A stretch of 64,000 nucleotides of DNA from Bythopirellula sp. (GCA_965216565.1 OZ244170.1:960001-1024000); one strand, 5' to 3'; shown: positions 10,000-20,275, numbered from the stretch's first letter. Notes: generated by a model not told the origin, from the letters alone. Numbers and translations are program-made.

Positions 10000-11691
10000 T
10001 CATTGAGACGGTGTTGACGCCACGCCAAGGAGCGCCTGCTTGGCAAACCCAGGTCCAAGTTCGCTCAAGTCGTGCCAGCCGACGAGTTTTGTCGTTTCGG
10101 ACGTCCGCTCGAGAACAATTTCCAACCGAGACTGCCCCGGTGCCGATTCGAAGAAACCAATCACCTGCCCACTGTAGACATTGCCGCCGGCGTTGAGATA
10201 GGGATCGAGGGCTTTCATTTCCTCCAGCTCGACAATGCCTTCGGCCAACAGCCACACGGCATGGCGATGCGTATGAGTAGTCGAATCGGTAATCGGCAGG
10301 CGACGACTAATGATCTGATCTGCAATCAAGGTGGTCATCCCTGGCACCGTTCTGAGCACGGCTCTGGAAGCAGCGTTTACGTTCACTCGTCCGACGATTG
10401 GGCCGGTTGACTGGACGGTGGTGCGGTCCAGAAGTTCGAGCAAATCCTGGCTGCCTCCTGCGTTAACTTCTTGCCAAGGCGACTCGATTAATTCTGCAGG
10501 ACTCTGTTCATCTTTCTTGTAAGACACTTTGGCACCAACAAGATCCAGTAGCGAGCCAATGCTGCTCTTGGCGTCTTTATCGAAATCTATTTTTAATGCC
10601 CCAGCTTTCACTGTTTTTCCCGTCTCGTTTTCTCCAGCAGCACCAAACTGACGGTACGCAATGATAAATTTGGCCTCGGCGGCGCCAATCGCAGTGGTTA
10701 ATTTGCTACTGAGTTGTTTTAGATTGTTGGAGTTGACGTCGATTTTATCTTCGCCATCGGGAGCCTGGTTTTGCTCCGCAGAGCTAAGCGTAAGATACGC
10801 CGACCATCCTCGGTCGAGTTGCCCATTGTAATTCTCGATTAATGTCAGAGCCCCCCGCGGTGTTTCGTGGGTCTCGAGCACAAAATTGCGATTCGAGTCT
10901 TGGCCGTAAAGCAGTTCCGGCGTTACTCCGCGTACCTGCAAGAGTTCGTCGAGAGAACTAATCGGGCCGTTACGCGGTTCGTAGGCCGGGTTCAAGCTCT
11001 GGTAGTAAGAGGCTTCAGCTCCAAGTGGGCGCGCTGTATCGTCGTCGTCAATCCAATCGAGAATTGCGTCGGCGATGTCTTCGGTCATGCCGGGAAGAGA
11101 TAGAAGGCGTTTTCTAGGATTGTCTTTTGGTTGCGAAGAGCCAGCACCACTCGTGCCTGTACTACTCGATCCAGATGCACCACCTGAACCAGACCCTCCG
11201 GGAGCACCGGGGATTCCTGCAGGACCAGCGCCGGCTGAACCATTTCTCGATGAACCGCGCTTGTCTTGCAGAATAGCGTTGAGATTGAGCTTGGCTGACT
11301 CGTCTTCTAGTCCAAACTGAAAGCCCGAGTAGTAACCCAGCGACATATCTGGGGCGACAACGGTGAAGCGACCGCGAAAATCTTCAATCACATCGTCAGA
11401 GACGAGGATCGCTTGCATCGAATTGGTGTTTTCTTGAATACCACCTTGCACGGCGATGTTTTCATCCGTCTGCGCTAGAAACACCTTGAGATACTCGACG
11501 CCCGATTCCGCCAGCATTCGAGTTTGCACATAATTGCCAGAATACCGAGTGGCAGTATGTTCGTTATGCATGGAGACCAAGTAAGTGCCGGTCGTGAGCG
11601 ACATGATGGCCACCACGACCAACACCAGAAGCAAGACACTTGCTTGGCGATTTTGTGGGAGTCCACTCTTAGTCCTGAGACTAGTTGTCAC
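10000..11691 (-). CDS. gspK: Minor pseudopilin K
   Basis: QA/SVLLLVLVVV pilin-like N-terminus plus DESAKLNLN, IADAILDWID, ELLQVRGVT and VNVNAAS motifs. Start moved to GTG at 11691, which follows CAGGAGG. Confidence 0.88.
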   Translation of the reverse strand: MTTSLRTKSGLPQNRQASVLLLVLVVVAIMSLTTGTYLVSMHNEHTATRYSGNYVQTRMLAESGVEYLKVFLAQTDENIAVQGGIQENTNSMQAILVSDDVIEDFRGRFTVVAPDMSLGYYSGFQFGLEDESAKLNLNAILQDKRGSSRNGSAGAGPAGIPGAPGGSGSGGASGSSSTGTSGAGSSQPKDNPRKRLLSLPGMTEDIADAILDWIDDDDTARPLGAEASYYQSLNPAYEPRNGPISSLDELLQVRGVTPELLYGQDSNRNFVLETHETPRGALTLIENYNGQLDRGWSAYLTLSSAEQNQAPDGEDKIDVNSNNLKQLSSKLTTAIGAAEAKFIIAYRQFGAAGENETGKTVKAGALKIDFDKDAKSSIGSLLDLVGAKVSYKKDEQSPAELIESPWQEVNAGGSQDLLELLDRTTVQSTGPIVGRVNVNAASRAVLRTVPGMTTLIADQIISRRLPITDSTTHTHRHAVWLLAEGIVELEEMKALDPYLNAGGNVYSGQVIGFFESAPGQSRLEIVLERTSETTKLVGWHDLSELGPGFAKQALLGVASTPSQ

Positions 11692-12640
11692 TGCCAGAGC
11701 CTCCTGTGGGAGCTTGGCTTCCACCATTGCCACCTGACCCCTGCGAGGGACTGCTTGAACTGGATTGGGTTGGCTGGCGACGCTCGGGAACTCGTACAAA
11801 CAACGTATACTTCACTTCGTTTTCGCTCTTGCTCAGTTCAACGTCGCGTTCCTGCTCGCTGGCGGCAAGTGCCAGATCGAAGGGCTCCTTGAGAAACGTG
11901 AGCCGAATCTCAATTGCCACGGGCAAGCCTTTCTGAGCGGCTGAGTCCCAAGAGTCCAACAGTTGCTGTCCATCGTAGTAGGCAAACTCCAGTGCGAGCA
12001 CCTCGGGAGCCAGGAGCTGAGGCTCCGAAGCAGTATTGCTTGTGAGATTGATCCCTCTTGAGTTGTTCTGGTAGAGCCACGCTGGCGTGGGCGACTGCTG
12101 GCGATACAGTCCCGCGTATCCCGGCAATGCCGAGTCCGTGAGGACACCCATGGCCGCCAATTGGTCTGCCAACAGAGTGTTGCCATCGTTGAATACATAG
12201 GCCACGGTCGTCGGCATCTCTTCTGCCGATGTGGGTTGGACGGGATCGATTTGTCGAGAGGTGCGGGCCCAATTCCAACGGGCACCACGATCGATTCTCA
12301 ACTCGGTTTCTGTCCCAAAGATGCCATGCACCTGATTTGCCGATTCGCTACTACCCTGAGAGCTGCTAGAGCCAGAGGCGTTAGCACCTGTCCGCGCTGA
12401 CGAAGAATTCTCAGGAGCATAGTACCGAGCAGAGCGGATGTCGTCGGCGATTTGGCCGAGCAACGTCCGCGCAAGTTGTGCCGCTTCGACTTTGCTACGA
12501 TTCGCATCCACGCGCACCAAATACAAATCAATCGCAGTAGCAAGTAGGGCGAGCAAAGTCCCGGTGAGCCCGATAGCTAGTACGACTTCTAGCAACGTGA
12601 ATCCACGATTGCGTCTCTTACCCCACGAGGTGCTAGGCAT
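11681..12640 (-). CDS. gspJ: Minor pseudopilin J-like
   Basis: RRNRG/FTLLEVVLA class III signal and a C-terminal GLPVAIEIRL motif. Start ATG at 12640 overlaps the gspI stop. Confidence 0.8.
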   Translation of the reverse strand: MPSTSWGKRRNRGFTLLEVVLAIGLTGTLLALLATAIDLYLVRVDANRSKVEAAQLARTLLGQIADDIRSARYYAPENSSSARTGANASGSSSSQGSSESANQVHGIFGTETELRIDRGARWNWARTSRQIDPVQPTSAEEMPTTVAYVFNDGNTLLADQLAAMGVLTDSALPGYAGLYRQQSPTPAWLYQNNSRGINLTSNTASEPQLLAPEVLALEFAYYDGQQLLDSWDSAAQKGLPVAIEIRLTFLKEPFDLALAASEQERDVELSKSENEVKYTLFVRVPERRQPTQSSSSSPSQGSGGNGGSQAPTGGSGSDN

Positions 12641-13415
12641 CGCTTCCCCCCGTGCTAGAGCTGCTCGAATCGCTATCTTGCTCGCTGCTAGAGTCCTCCG
12701 CAGATTCATCGGCTGGACCAACCCAACGCACGAGGCGGAACTTCACCGGATCGAACTTCTGTTCCAGGTCTTGCTCAACGAGCAGTTCGATGGAAGAAAT
12801 CCCTTGGATTGTGGTGGGGCTGATGGTCACGGAATAAACCCAAGGCACCGAGTCCTCCACTTCCATTGGCGCTCGGGCCTGGTCGGTGGACTCGATCGCT
12901 CCACAGAGGATCTTGTCCATCAAAGAAGAAGCCAGCTGCTGCGCACGTGTTTCAGCTTGGGCGTCGGAGGCACTGCGGTCTGCCGAGCTCATAATCTCGC
13001 CAAGAATGGCCAGTGCGCCGGCCAAGATTGCTAACGCCAGAACCACTTCAATCAGCGTGAAGGCATCGCGGCAGCGAGAGTCTGGAATCGAGCGTAGTTT
13101 GCAAGACTGACCAGGGTGGCAACAGCCTGCATTACGAAAATCTTTTCCCTCCCCTCGATGGGGAGGGTTAGGGAGGGGTGCCACCGAACCACGAACAGTC
13201 GCCCCCCTCCCCAGCCCTCCCCACAAGGGGGAAGGAGCCATGGAGCTCAATTCTCTAGAATCAGTTTCAATAATCAGAAAAGTCCCATGTGAGCCGACGG
13301 CGCTAGCCGCGGGTAGCGTTTGGCTAGGTGTTGTTCTGATACTACCCGACGCTAGCGCGTTCGGCTCATTGATTTTAAAACTGCTTCTAGGCGCCTTCGT
13401 TATCGAATTCGACAT
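12633..13415 (-). CDS. gspI: Minor pseudopilin I-like with an abnormally long leader containing palindromic inserts
   Basis: RDA/FTLIEVVLALAIL occurs only after about 118 aa. The ATG lies 9 bp after the gspH stop. Position between H and J. Confidence 0.75.
   Translation of the reverse strand: MSNSITKAPRSSFKINEPNALASGSIRTTPSQTLPAASAVGSHGTFLIIETDSRELSSMAPSPLWGGLGRGATVRGSVAPLPNPPHRGEGKDFRNAGCCHPGQSCKLRSIPDSRCRDAFTLIEVVLALAILAGALAILGEIMSSADRSASDAQAETRAQQLASSLMDKILCGAIESTDQARAPMEVEDSVPWVYSVTISPTTIQGISSIELLVEQDLEQKFDPVKFRLVRWVGPADESAEDSSSEQDSDSSSSSTGGSDA
13146..13236. repeat. CCCTCCCC-family palindromic element inside gspI
   Basis: Arms tccctcccctcgatggggagggttagggagggg and cccctccccagccctccccacaagggggaagga. 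Each arm is an internal hairpin and the two are mutually inverted. Confidence 0.85.
13290..13368. repeat. REP-like palindromic element inside gspI
   Basis: 27-bp inverted arms tgagccgacggcgctagccgcgggtag and ctacccgacgctagcgcgttcggctca (23/27 match) with a 25-bp spacer. Confidence 0.85.
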
Positions 13416-13424
13416 CGCATCGCC

Positions 13425-14048
13425 CTATCGCCCAGTCTTGAGTTTAGATTCTTCGAGCGTTATCACCTCGCTTGCTCGGCCGATGCCCGTCAAGCCGCGC
13501 AGCGTAACTCGCTGCACAAGGCCACGCTCGTTCCGGAGTAGTAGACTCGCTTCGGTCGAAGAGCCATCGGGGAAGAAGACGATCGGCTCTGCCCAATTCG
13601 AGTTGGCGGCATCGCTCAGCGTTCGAACGGTTGGCTGCTCGCCGGATTCATACAAAAGTGATTCGCCTTCGGCAAATTCGATGTCGGCGGGCAATTCGCC
13701 CTCGTAGGGTTGCCACTCTCCGTAATCGACCGTTCCCTCGGCGCCGGGTTCTTCGATCAGCGAACTATCCGTCTGCTCAATCTGCAAACCTTGCCAGGGC
13801 TTGAGGCTGTATGCGCCCGACTCAGATTGGAAGAGGAATTGATGCGGCTCGCCCGATTGAATCGCTTGGATGCGTAGCTCGCTCCAGGCGGTGAGGACGC
13901 GGTCGGAGCCACGTTTAAGACGCAAGGTTGAAAACGCGCCGTCGAAAATAGGCTTAGCCATGCTGCTAATCACGACGAGTAGCACCAAGACTAGCAAGAG
14001 TTCAAAGAGCGTCATTCCCGCGGGTTGTTTTTTTGCAATAGCCTTCAC
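13425..14048 (-). CDS. gspH: Minor pseudopilin H / FimT-like
   Basis: AG/MTLFELLLVL signal and the IVFFPDGS motif. Confidence 0.8.
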   Translation of the reverse strand: MKAIAKKQPAGMTLFELLLVLVLLVVISSMAKPIFDGAFSTLRLKRGSDRVLTAWSELRIQAIQSGEPHQFLFQSESGAYSLKPWQGLQIEQTDSSLIEEPGAEGTVDYGEWQPYEGELPADIEFAEGESLLYESGEQPTVRTLSDAANSNWAEPIVFFPDGSSTEASLLLRNERGLVQRVTLRGLTGIGRASEVITLEESKLKTGR

Positions 14049-14073
14049 TCAGATTCCCCTCGACTCCTTCCGC

Positions 14074-14517
14074 CTAGGAAGAAGATTCCCAATTTCCAAT
14101 ATCGTCGTCAGTGCCGCTCTTGCCGTCGGGGCCGTTCGACCAGAAGTCGAATTTGTCAGGGTTGTTCTTGCCTTCGGGAGAATACTGATAAGCGTTGCCC
14201 CAGGGGTCGTTTTTCAGTTTCTCGGTGTAAGGCCCGGACCACTTTTTAGCCATCTCCGCGTCACTGGGTTTTTCCCACAGATCTTCCAACTTGGGCGGAT
14301 ACTTGTTCAAGTCGAGACGGTATCGACTGATCGGTTCTCCCAGCAATCCAACCTGCGCCTTCGCCGCATTCATGTTGGCCTTGTCCTGCGTCCCCGTAAA
14401 TACATTCACCGCAAGCGATCCTAAGATGACAAGGATGATGAGAACCAGCAGTACCTCGATAAGAGTAAATCCTTTACGGTTGGTAGAGCGAGTGCATTTG
14501 TGCGATCGCTGAAACAT
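14074..14517 (-). CDS. gspG: Major pseudopilin G
   Basis: RKG/FTLIEVLLV, W-x-GPY, DPWGNAYQY and SNGPDGKSGTDDDIGNW. Confidence 0.95.
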   Translation of the reverse strand: MFQRSHKCTRSTNRKGFTLIEVLLVLIILVILGSLAVNVFTGTQDKANMNAAKAQVGLLGEPISRYRLDLNKYPPKLEDLWEKPSDAEMAKKWSGPYTEKLKNDPWGNAYQYSPEGKNNPDKFDFWSNGPDGKSGTDDDIGNWESSS

Positions 14518-14566
14518 GGGGAGTCTCCTTTTTCTCTGTTACTTTTTTGTGTTTAAAGTGTTTCGT

Positions 14567-15769
14567 TTACAAAGCCGTTGCCGACTTGAGCATGGGTAAT
14601 AGTAGGGCGACGACGATTACCAGTACCGCCGAGGCCATTACCAGCAACATCACGGGTTCCACAAGCCGCACCAGTAGGTCTAGACGCCGCCATGTTTGTC
14701 GCTCGAGCGTCTCGGCGATATTTGTTAATACGGTTTCCAGAGTATTCGATTGTTCAGCCACGCCCACCATTTCGACGACGTCCGGCGGAAAATGGCCGCT
14801 AGCTTTGAGGGGTGTCGCCAAGGATTCGCCAGCGGTGATATTGTCTGCCGCTTTGTTTACCGCTTCGGCTAGGACTCGGTTACCCGTGGAATCGGAGCTA
14901 ATCTTTAATGCCCTGACGATGGGCACTCCGCCGCTGAGCAAAGTTCCCAGCACCCGGCAAAAGCGTGATACGGCCAAGTTGCGATAAATTTGCCCGGCCT
15001 GGGGAGCTCGTAAACGCCAGCGATCGAGAAGCCAACGTCCCGACTCCGTGGCGAGTTTCGCCCGAGCAATCATCACCACAGCTGCCAAAGCGAGAAAGAT
15101 CAGTAAGCCGTAATTCGCCACGGTGTCGCTCACCCACAGCAGCCAATCAGTAAGAAATGGCAATTCCCCCCGAGCGCGAAGACGACCAAACAAGGCCTCA
15201 AACTTTGGCACGAAGAAAATTACTAGGACACAAACAATGCCTACGCTAAACACGGCCAGAAAAATGGGATAGGCCAAAGCCCCCATCACACGACTTTTCA
15301 ATTCGGCTTGTTGGTCGGTAAATTTTGCGACGCGTTCCAGAGCTTCTTCCAAGAATCCACCTTCACTGCCGGCACGGACAATGCTCGTGGCGAGTTCGCT
15401 AAAAGCTTTGGGATGGCGCTGCATGGCTTCGGATAGCGATTGGCCGTCAGTCACCCGGGAGTAGAGATCATTCACTGCATGTTTCAGCGCCGGATTGGTG
15501 GATTGGTCGCCGATCACTTCTAAGGATCGGAGTAGTGGTACGCCACTTCGTAGCAACGCAGCCAACTGCAGGTAAAACTGGGCCATCGCTTGCGGACGGA
15601 CGCGTTTGCCCGCGGAATTCTGCACGGCACCTGTGGCTGGCTTCACCTCCGTAGGAAAGAGTTGCCGAGTGGCTAGTGACGCAATCGCCTCGCGCTCCGA
15701 TCCAGCCGAAAGTACACCTTCCTCGACAGTTCCACCTGCATTTCGGGCGATGTAGGCAAAGTCGGGCAT
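14567..15769 (-). CDS. gspF: Type II secretion inner-membrane protein F
   Basis: LLRSGVPLLRSL, AGSEGGFLEEAL, ALAYP and LVEP motifs with three TM segments. Confidence 0.95.
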   Translation of the reverse strand: MPDFAYIARNAGGTVEEGVLSAGSEREAIASLATRQLFPTEVKPATGAVQNSAGKRVRPQAMAQFYLQLAALLRSGVPLLRSLEVIGDQSTNPALKHAVNDLYSRVTDGQSLSEAMQRHPKAFSELATSIVRAGSEGGFLEEALERVAKFTDQQAELKSRVMGALAYPIFLAVFSVGIVCVLVIFFVPKFEALFGRLRARGELPFLTDWLLWVSDTVANYGLLIFLALAAVVMIARAKLATESGRWLLDRWRLRAPQAGQIYRNLAVSRFCRVLGTLLSGGVPIVRALKISSDSTGNRVLAEAVNKAADNITAGESLATPLKASGHFPPDVVEMVGVAEQSNTLETVLTNIAETLERQTWRRLDLLVRLVEPVMLLVMASAVLVIVVALLLPMLKSATAL

Positions 15770-15799
15770 CTGAACCGAAGGGGAAGTGGGGAAGGCTAA

Positions 15800-15833
15800 A
15801 TAATCAAGAATCCAAGATAATCAAGAATTCAAG
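15800..15833. repeat. 17-bp tandem duplication
   Basis: ataatcaagaatccaag followed by ataatcaagaattcaag (1 mismatch). Confidence 0.7.
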
Positions 15834-16019
15834 TGCGGATAAAACTTGTAGGCGTCTATCTGAATTTTCACTCGCCCAAGTGAGGCGAGCGACTATAGGA
15901 GGGGGCTGATGCGATTTGGAAGGACTTCTAAGTTATTGATGCACTGGGGTAACCGAATTGTTCCTATTTTACGTCGTTTCGGACGAAAAAAACACGCCTG
16001 CTTTTCGTTTAAACTCAAT

Positions 16020-16053
16020 CCAATTTGCGCATTAACCCAATTTGCGCATTAAC
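16020..16053. repeat. 17-bp perfect tandem duplication
   Basis: ccaatttgcgcattaac twice, abutting the gspE stop codon. Confidence 0.85.
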
Positions 16054-17747
16054 TAGGAACGATCGCCCTTGGTTACCCGCAATACCTCGTCCACCGTGGT
16101 TGTCCCGGCTAGTACTTTCAACCAAGCATCCTGACGCAATGTACGCATTCCCCCGGCCAAAGCGGCCTGGCGGATCTCCCAGCTACTGGCCCGATCATGG
16201 GCCAACTGGCGGACGTCGTCGGTTGTGGCACAAAGCTCGAAAATGCCTTGCCGACCCGCAAAACCGAGCTGGCGGCATTCCTTGCAGCCTACGGGCTGGT
16301 ACAGGGGCTCGCCGCGTTGCTGGTAATCTTCCCAGGGGAAATCCTTGGGCAGGTCGTCCTGTTTCGGACTGTAGGCCTGTCGGCACTTCTTGCATAGCGA
16401 GCGCACCAATCGCTGGGCCATCACCGCTTCGATGGTGCTAGCCACCAAAAAGGGTTCGATGCCCATGTCGACCAGCCGCGTGTAGGCACTGGGGGCGTCG
16501 TTGGTGTGCAGAGTGCTAAACACGAGGTGACCGGTGAGCGAAGCTTGAATGGCATTTTCGGCCGTTTCATGGTCGCGTATTTCACCCACCAAGACCACGT
16601 CCGGATCGTGCCGCAGGATGGAACGCAGCGAATGGGCAAAGGTGAGTCCGATTTTTGAATGGACTTGGATTTGGTTGATTCCTTCCAGTTGGTACTCCAC
16701 CGGATCTTCGGTCGTGATGATCTTCGTGTCTTCACTCTTGATTTCTAGTAGCGCGCTGTAAAGCGAGGTAGTTTTTCCTGAGCCCGTAGGACCGGTGACT
16801 AGCACAATTCCGTGCGGCATGCGGATCAGATCGTCGAACCGGCCTTTGAGATCAGGCTCCATGCCTAGCTTTCGAAGTGAAAACTCCATTGCCCCCTTGT
16901 CCAATAGCCGCATCACGATTCCTTCGCCATGCAACATTGGAATCACCGAAACCCGCACGTCGACCTCGCGGCCATGTACCTTCAATTTGATGCGGCCATC
17001 CTGGGGCAGCCGCTTTTCAGCGATGTTCAGTCGAGCCATGATTTTCAAGCGGCTGATGATCGCCGCCTGAAACTGATGAATCTCTGGGGGGACGGGCTGG
17101 GCGTGCAGGATGCCATCGATTCGATAGCGAATGCGAATACCTGATGGCTGCGACTCGATGTGTACGTCGCTCGCTCGCGAGTCGACTGCTTCAATGAGAA
17201 TCTCATTGACGAGACGAACCACGGAAGCCTCTTGGGCCTCGGCAGAAATTTCGTCATCGTCTACGTCTATCTCATCAAGCAATTCGATATCTTCTTCACG
17301 TTGTGCGAGCAAACCTTCGATGGTTTCGCTACCCACGCCCAAGTGAGACTTAATGCGTTTGGCAATCGACCCACTGGTGGCCAATACCGGATCGACCGTC
17401 GCTCCCAACGCTGCCGCCGCTTCGTCGAGCGAATACAAGTCGAGCGGATCCGAAGTGGCGATGACCACGGAGCCATTGTCTCGACTGATGGGAAAGAAGC
17501 CGTGGCGATGAATTAGCTTCTGAGGCAATTCCGAAAGTAGGGAGAGGTCGACCTCGGCGGTATCTAGGTCGATCATGGGAATGCCGAGTTCCTCGCCAAG
17601 TGCTCCCAAGGCCTGCTCTTCCGAAATCAATCCCAGCGCAACGGCCGATTGATCGATGCGGTTGCCATTGGCTTGTGCAGCAGTGGCACGGCTAATGCCC
17701 TCGGCATCGAGCAATCCATGATTCACAAGTATTTGACCGGGGTCCAT
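16053..17747 (-). CDS. gspE: Type II secretion ATPase GspE/PulE
   Basis: ASDVHIE, Walker A GPTGSGKTT, EDPVEY, LRHDPDVVLVGEIRD, TGHLVFSTLHTN and two CxxC motifs. Confidence 0.96.
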   Translation of the reverse strand: MDPGQILVNHGLLDAEGISRATAAQANGNRIDQSAVALGLISEEQALGALGEELGIPMIDLDTAEVDLSLLSELPQKLIHRHGFFPISRDNGSVVIATSDPLDLYSLDEAAAALGATVDPVLATSGSIAKRIKSHLGVGSETIEGLLAQREEDIELLDEIDVDDDEISAEAQEASVVRLVNEILIEAVDSRASDVHIESQPSGIRIRYRIDGILHAQPVPPEIHQFQAAIISRLKIMARLNIAEKRLPQDGRIKLKVHGREVDVRVSVIPMLHGEGIVMRLLDKGAMEFSLRKLGMEPDLKGRFDDLIRMPHGIVLVTGPTGSGKTTSLYSALLEIKSEDTKIITTEDPVEYQLEGINQIQVHSKIGLTFAHSLRSILRHDPDVVLVGEIRDHETAENAIQASLTGHLVFSTLHTNDAPSAYTRLVDMGIEPFLVASTIEAVMAQRLVRSLCKKCRQAYSPKQDDLPKDFPWEDYQQRGEPLYQPVGCKECRQLGFAGRQGIFELCATTDDVRQLAHDRASSWEIRQAALAGGMRTLRQDAWLKVLAGTTTVDEVLRVTKGDRS

Positions 17748-18012
17748 GAGATGGCAAATCGCAAGAGTTGCAGGGCAGGTTTATTGGGTAGGGCGTCTTG
17801 TTCGATTATGTCTGCCTGAGGGTCGCGAGGCAAATCGGCTGGGGCGCTCCGCTAGTTCGTTTGTCCTTCGGATAGTACCCACAAAGGCCTTCCTGGCGAG
17901 TTTCGCGCTAGCGGGCTATTACTAGCTTTTGTTATCTTAAGAGCAACGAGTTTTTCACAACTCTCTACAACAACAGACAATTTCAATAAGCAATCACGGT
18001 GAGCCGTCATAG

Positions 18013-18486
18013 ATGATTGAACCAGAAGAGTTAATGAAGCTGGCCATCGAGGCTTGCCAACGCGGGATCGACGCCGGCCAAAGCCCATTTGGTTGTGCTA
18101 TTGCCTTGGGCGACAAAGTGATTGCCCAATCTCACAATACGGTTGTACTGACGACCGACATCACGGCCCATGCCGAAGTGAACGCCTTGCGTGAAGGTTG
18201 CCGCGAAGTGGGCGACATTTTTCTAACCGATGCCGTTGTGGCAACCACTTGCGAACCCTGCCCCATGTGTATGGCCGCCTTGCATTGGGCACGAGTCGAC
18301 ACGGTTTATTACGGTGCGACGATCGCCGATGCCGATGGCTCTGGGTTCAACGAGCTATCGCTCCCTGCGGCTGAACTTCTCAGAATTGGGGGCAGCGAAG
18401 TCAAGTTGCAGGAAGGCCTCATGGTCGAAGAGTGCCGCGAACTGTTCGCCAACTGGCTGAACAACCCAGCTCGCAAGGCATACTAA
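18013..18486 (+). CDS. Zn-dependent nucleoside/guanine deaminase (CDA superfamily)
   Basis: PFG, HAE and CEPCPMC motifs. Confidence 0.88.
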   Translation: MIEPEELMKLAIEACQRGIDAGQSPFGCAIALGDKVIAQSHNTVVLTTDITAHAEVNALREGCREVGDIFLTDAVVATTCEPCPMCMAALHWARVDTVYYGATIADADGSGFNELSLPAAELLRIGGSEVKLQEGLMVEECRELFANWLNNPARKAY

Positions 18487-18511
18487 GTCCGTTGTCGAAA
18501 GTAATTGATTT

Positions 18512-19285
18512 ATGGTAACGAAACTTGATCTCGCAAAAGACTGGCTGCCACGTTATACGGGCATGGAGTTGAAGCAGTTTGGTCGCTACGTTCTGCTCAC
18601 CAATTTTTTCGGTTATGTGCAGCGTTTTGCTGAGAAATTTGATTGCGAAACCTTTGGTCTCGATCGGCCCATGCAGGCGGCGACGAACGATCAAGGCCTA
18701 ACCATTGTCAACTTTGGCATGGGCTCGCCCAACGCGGCGACAATTATGGACTTGCTCACTGCCTACCATCCGGAGGCGGTGCTATTTCTCGGTAAGTGTG
18801 GGGGCTTGAAGCGATCGACAGAGATCGGAAATTTCATTCTGCCCATCGGTGCCATCCGTGGTGAGGGAACTTCCGACGATTATTTGCCTCATCTAGTGCC
18901 GGCTTTGCCGTCGTTTAAGATTCACAAGTTCGTTTCCGAAAAACTCGTCGATCGCCAACTCGAGTATCGTACGGGCGTGGTCTACACCACGAACCGACGC
19001 GTCTGGGAGCACGACGAAGAGTTTAAATTGCGGCTGAAGGAATACACGCCAATTGCCATCGATATGGAATCGGCAACGATCTTTGTGGTGGGTCATCGCA
19101 ACGAAATAGCCCGCGGCGCCCTGTTATTGGTCTCAGATCTTCCGATGACGCACGAAGGCATCAAAACCCAGGCCAGCGACGCCAAGGTAACTAGCCGTTG
19201 GACAGAATTGCATCTGGAAATTGGAATCGAATCCCTCACCGAGATCGGCGAAAAGGGCGAGAAGATCAAGCACTTCCAGTACTAG
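18512..19285 (+). CDS. amn: AMP nucleosidase (short form)
   Basis: WLPRYTG, LLTNF, NFGMGSPNAATIMDLL, FLGKCGGL and IDMESAT. Confidence 0.88.
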   Translation: MVTKLDLAKDWLPRYTGMELKQFGRYVLLTNFFGYVQRFAEKFDCETFGLDRPMQAATNDQGLTIVNFGMGSPNAATIMDLLTAYHPEAVLFLGKCGGLKRSTEIGNFILPIGAIRGEGTSDDYLPHLVPALPSFKIHKFVSEKLVDRQLEYRTGVVYTTNRRVWEHDEEFKLRLKEYTPIAIDMESATIFVVGHRNEIARGALLLVSDLPMTHEGIKTQASDAKVTSRWTELHLEIGIESLTEIGEKGEKIKHFQY

Positions 19286-19412
19286 GGGATTCCCGAACTC
19301 TACGCTTTTCGCTGGTTCAATCCTCTCTGGCTACTTCGCGGCTCGGCGGCCATCGGCTAGACTGATCTCTTTCCCATTTCTAATCGTTTAGTTCACGAAA
19401 CTGTCTAATATC

Positions 19413-20114
19413 ATGTCCATCGAAAACATTGCCAGCTATATCGATCACACGGTGCTCAAACCCGATGCCACCAAGGAGCAAATCTTGAAGCTCTGCGGTG
19501 AGGCAGCCGAATATGGCTTTGCCTCGGTCTGTGTGAACCCCTGTTACGTAGAGACTTGTGCCGAGCAACTTGCGGATGTCAGTGCCAAGGTATGCACCGT
19601 GGTTGGATTTCCGCTGGGTGCAAATGCCACGGATACTAAGGCGGAAGAAGCTGCCCGAGCGATCCGCGCTGGTGCCCAGGAAATCGACATGGTGCTTAAT
19701 GTATCAGCGCTCAAGAACGGCGACGACCAATATGTTACCGATGACATTGCCGCTGTGGCGAAGGCCAGCCACGATGGAGGTGCTATTTGCAAAGTCATTT
19801 TGGAAACTTGTTTGCTAAACGACGACGAGAAGGTCCGCGCCTGTAAAGCGGCCGTCGCAGCCGGCGCCGATTTTGTGAAGACCTCCACCGGCTTCAGTTC
19901 AGGCGGAGCTACCGTAGAAGACATCCGTCTGATGAGCAAGACCGTGGCCGAAGCCAAGCTCGGAGTGAAAGCGTCTGGCGGGATCCGCAGTTTCGCCGAT
20001 GCTCAGCAGATGATCGAAGCGGGGGCCACGCGAATCGGAGCGAGTGCCGGCGTGCAAATCGTCCAAGAGTCCCAAGGAGCAGCTACAGCTAAGAGTAACC
20101 AGGGAGACTACTAA
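19413..20114 (+). CDS. deoC: Deoxyribose-phosphate aldolase
   Basis: [26 protein letters not shown] and VKASGGIR. Confidence 0.96.
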   Translation: MSIENIASYIDHTVLKPDATKEQILKLCGEAAEYGFASVCVNPCYVETCAEQLADVSAKVCTVVGFPLGANATDTKAEEAARAIRAGAQEIDMVLNVSALKNGDDQYVTDDIAAVAKASHDGGAICKVILETCLLNDDEKVRACKAAVAAGADFVKTSTGFSSGGATVEDIRLMSKTVAEAKLGVKASGGIRSFADAQQMIEAGATRIGASAGVQIVQESQGAATAKSNQGDY

Positions 20115-20152
20115 GTTAGGCGCGAACTACGCTCATCACTAAGATCTTTTTT

Positions 20153-20275
20153 CCACGATTGTTGCGAATCATCACGAATGTAAATAAGAGTTGCCTCTCG
20201 GTCCAAAGGTGCCCCATGACTTGTAAGCAACACACTTCCTAACTCTGGTTCGTTTGATTCGATCTATTCGTTGTT
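20153..20275. repeat. Degenerate two-armed element built from ~9-nt CGAAT/ATTCG units
   Basis: Left arm ccacgatt-gttgcgaat-catcacgaat and right arm gttcgtttg-attcgatct-attcgttgtt are inverted, with a ~68-bp spacer. Confidence 0.55.

Noticed and set aside
19286..19412. Possible tRNA suggested by GGTTCAATCC
   Set aside because: No cloverleaf stems or acceptor pairing could be built.
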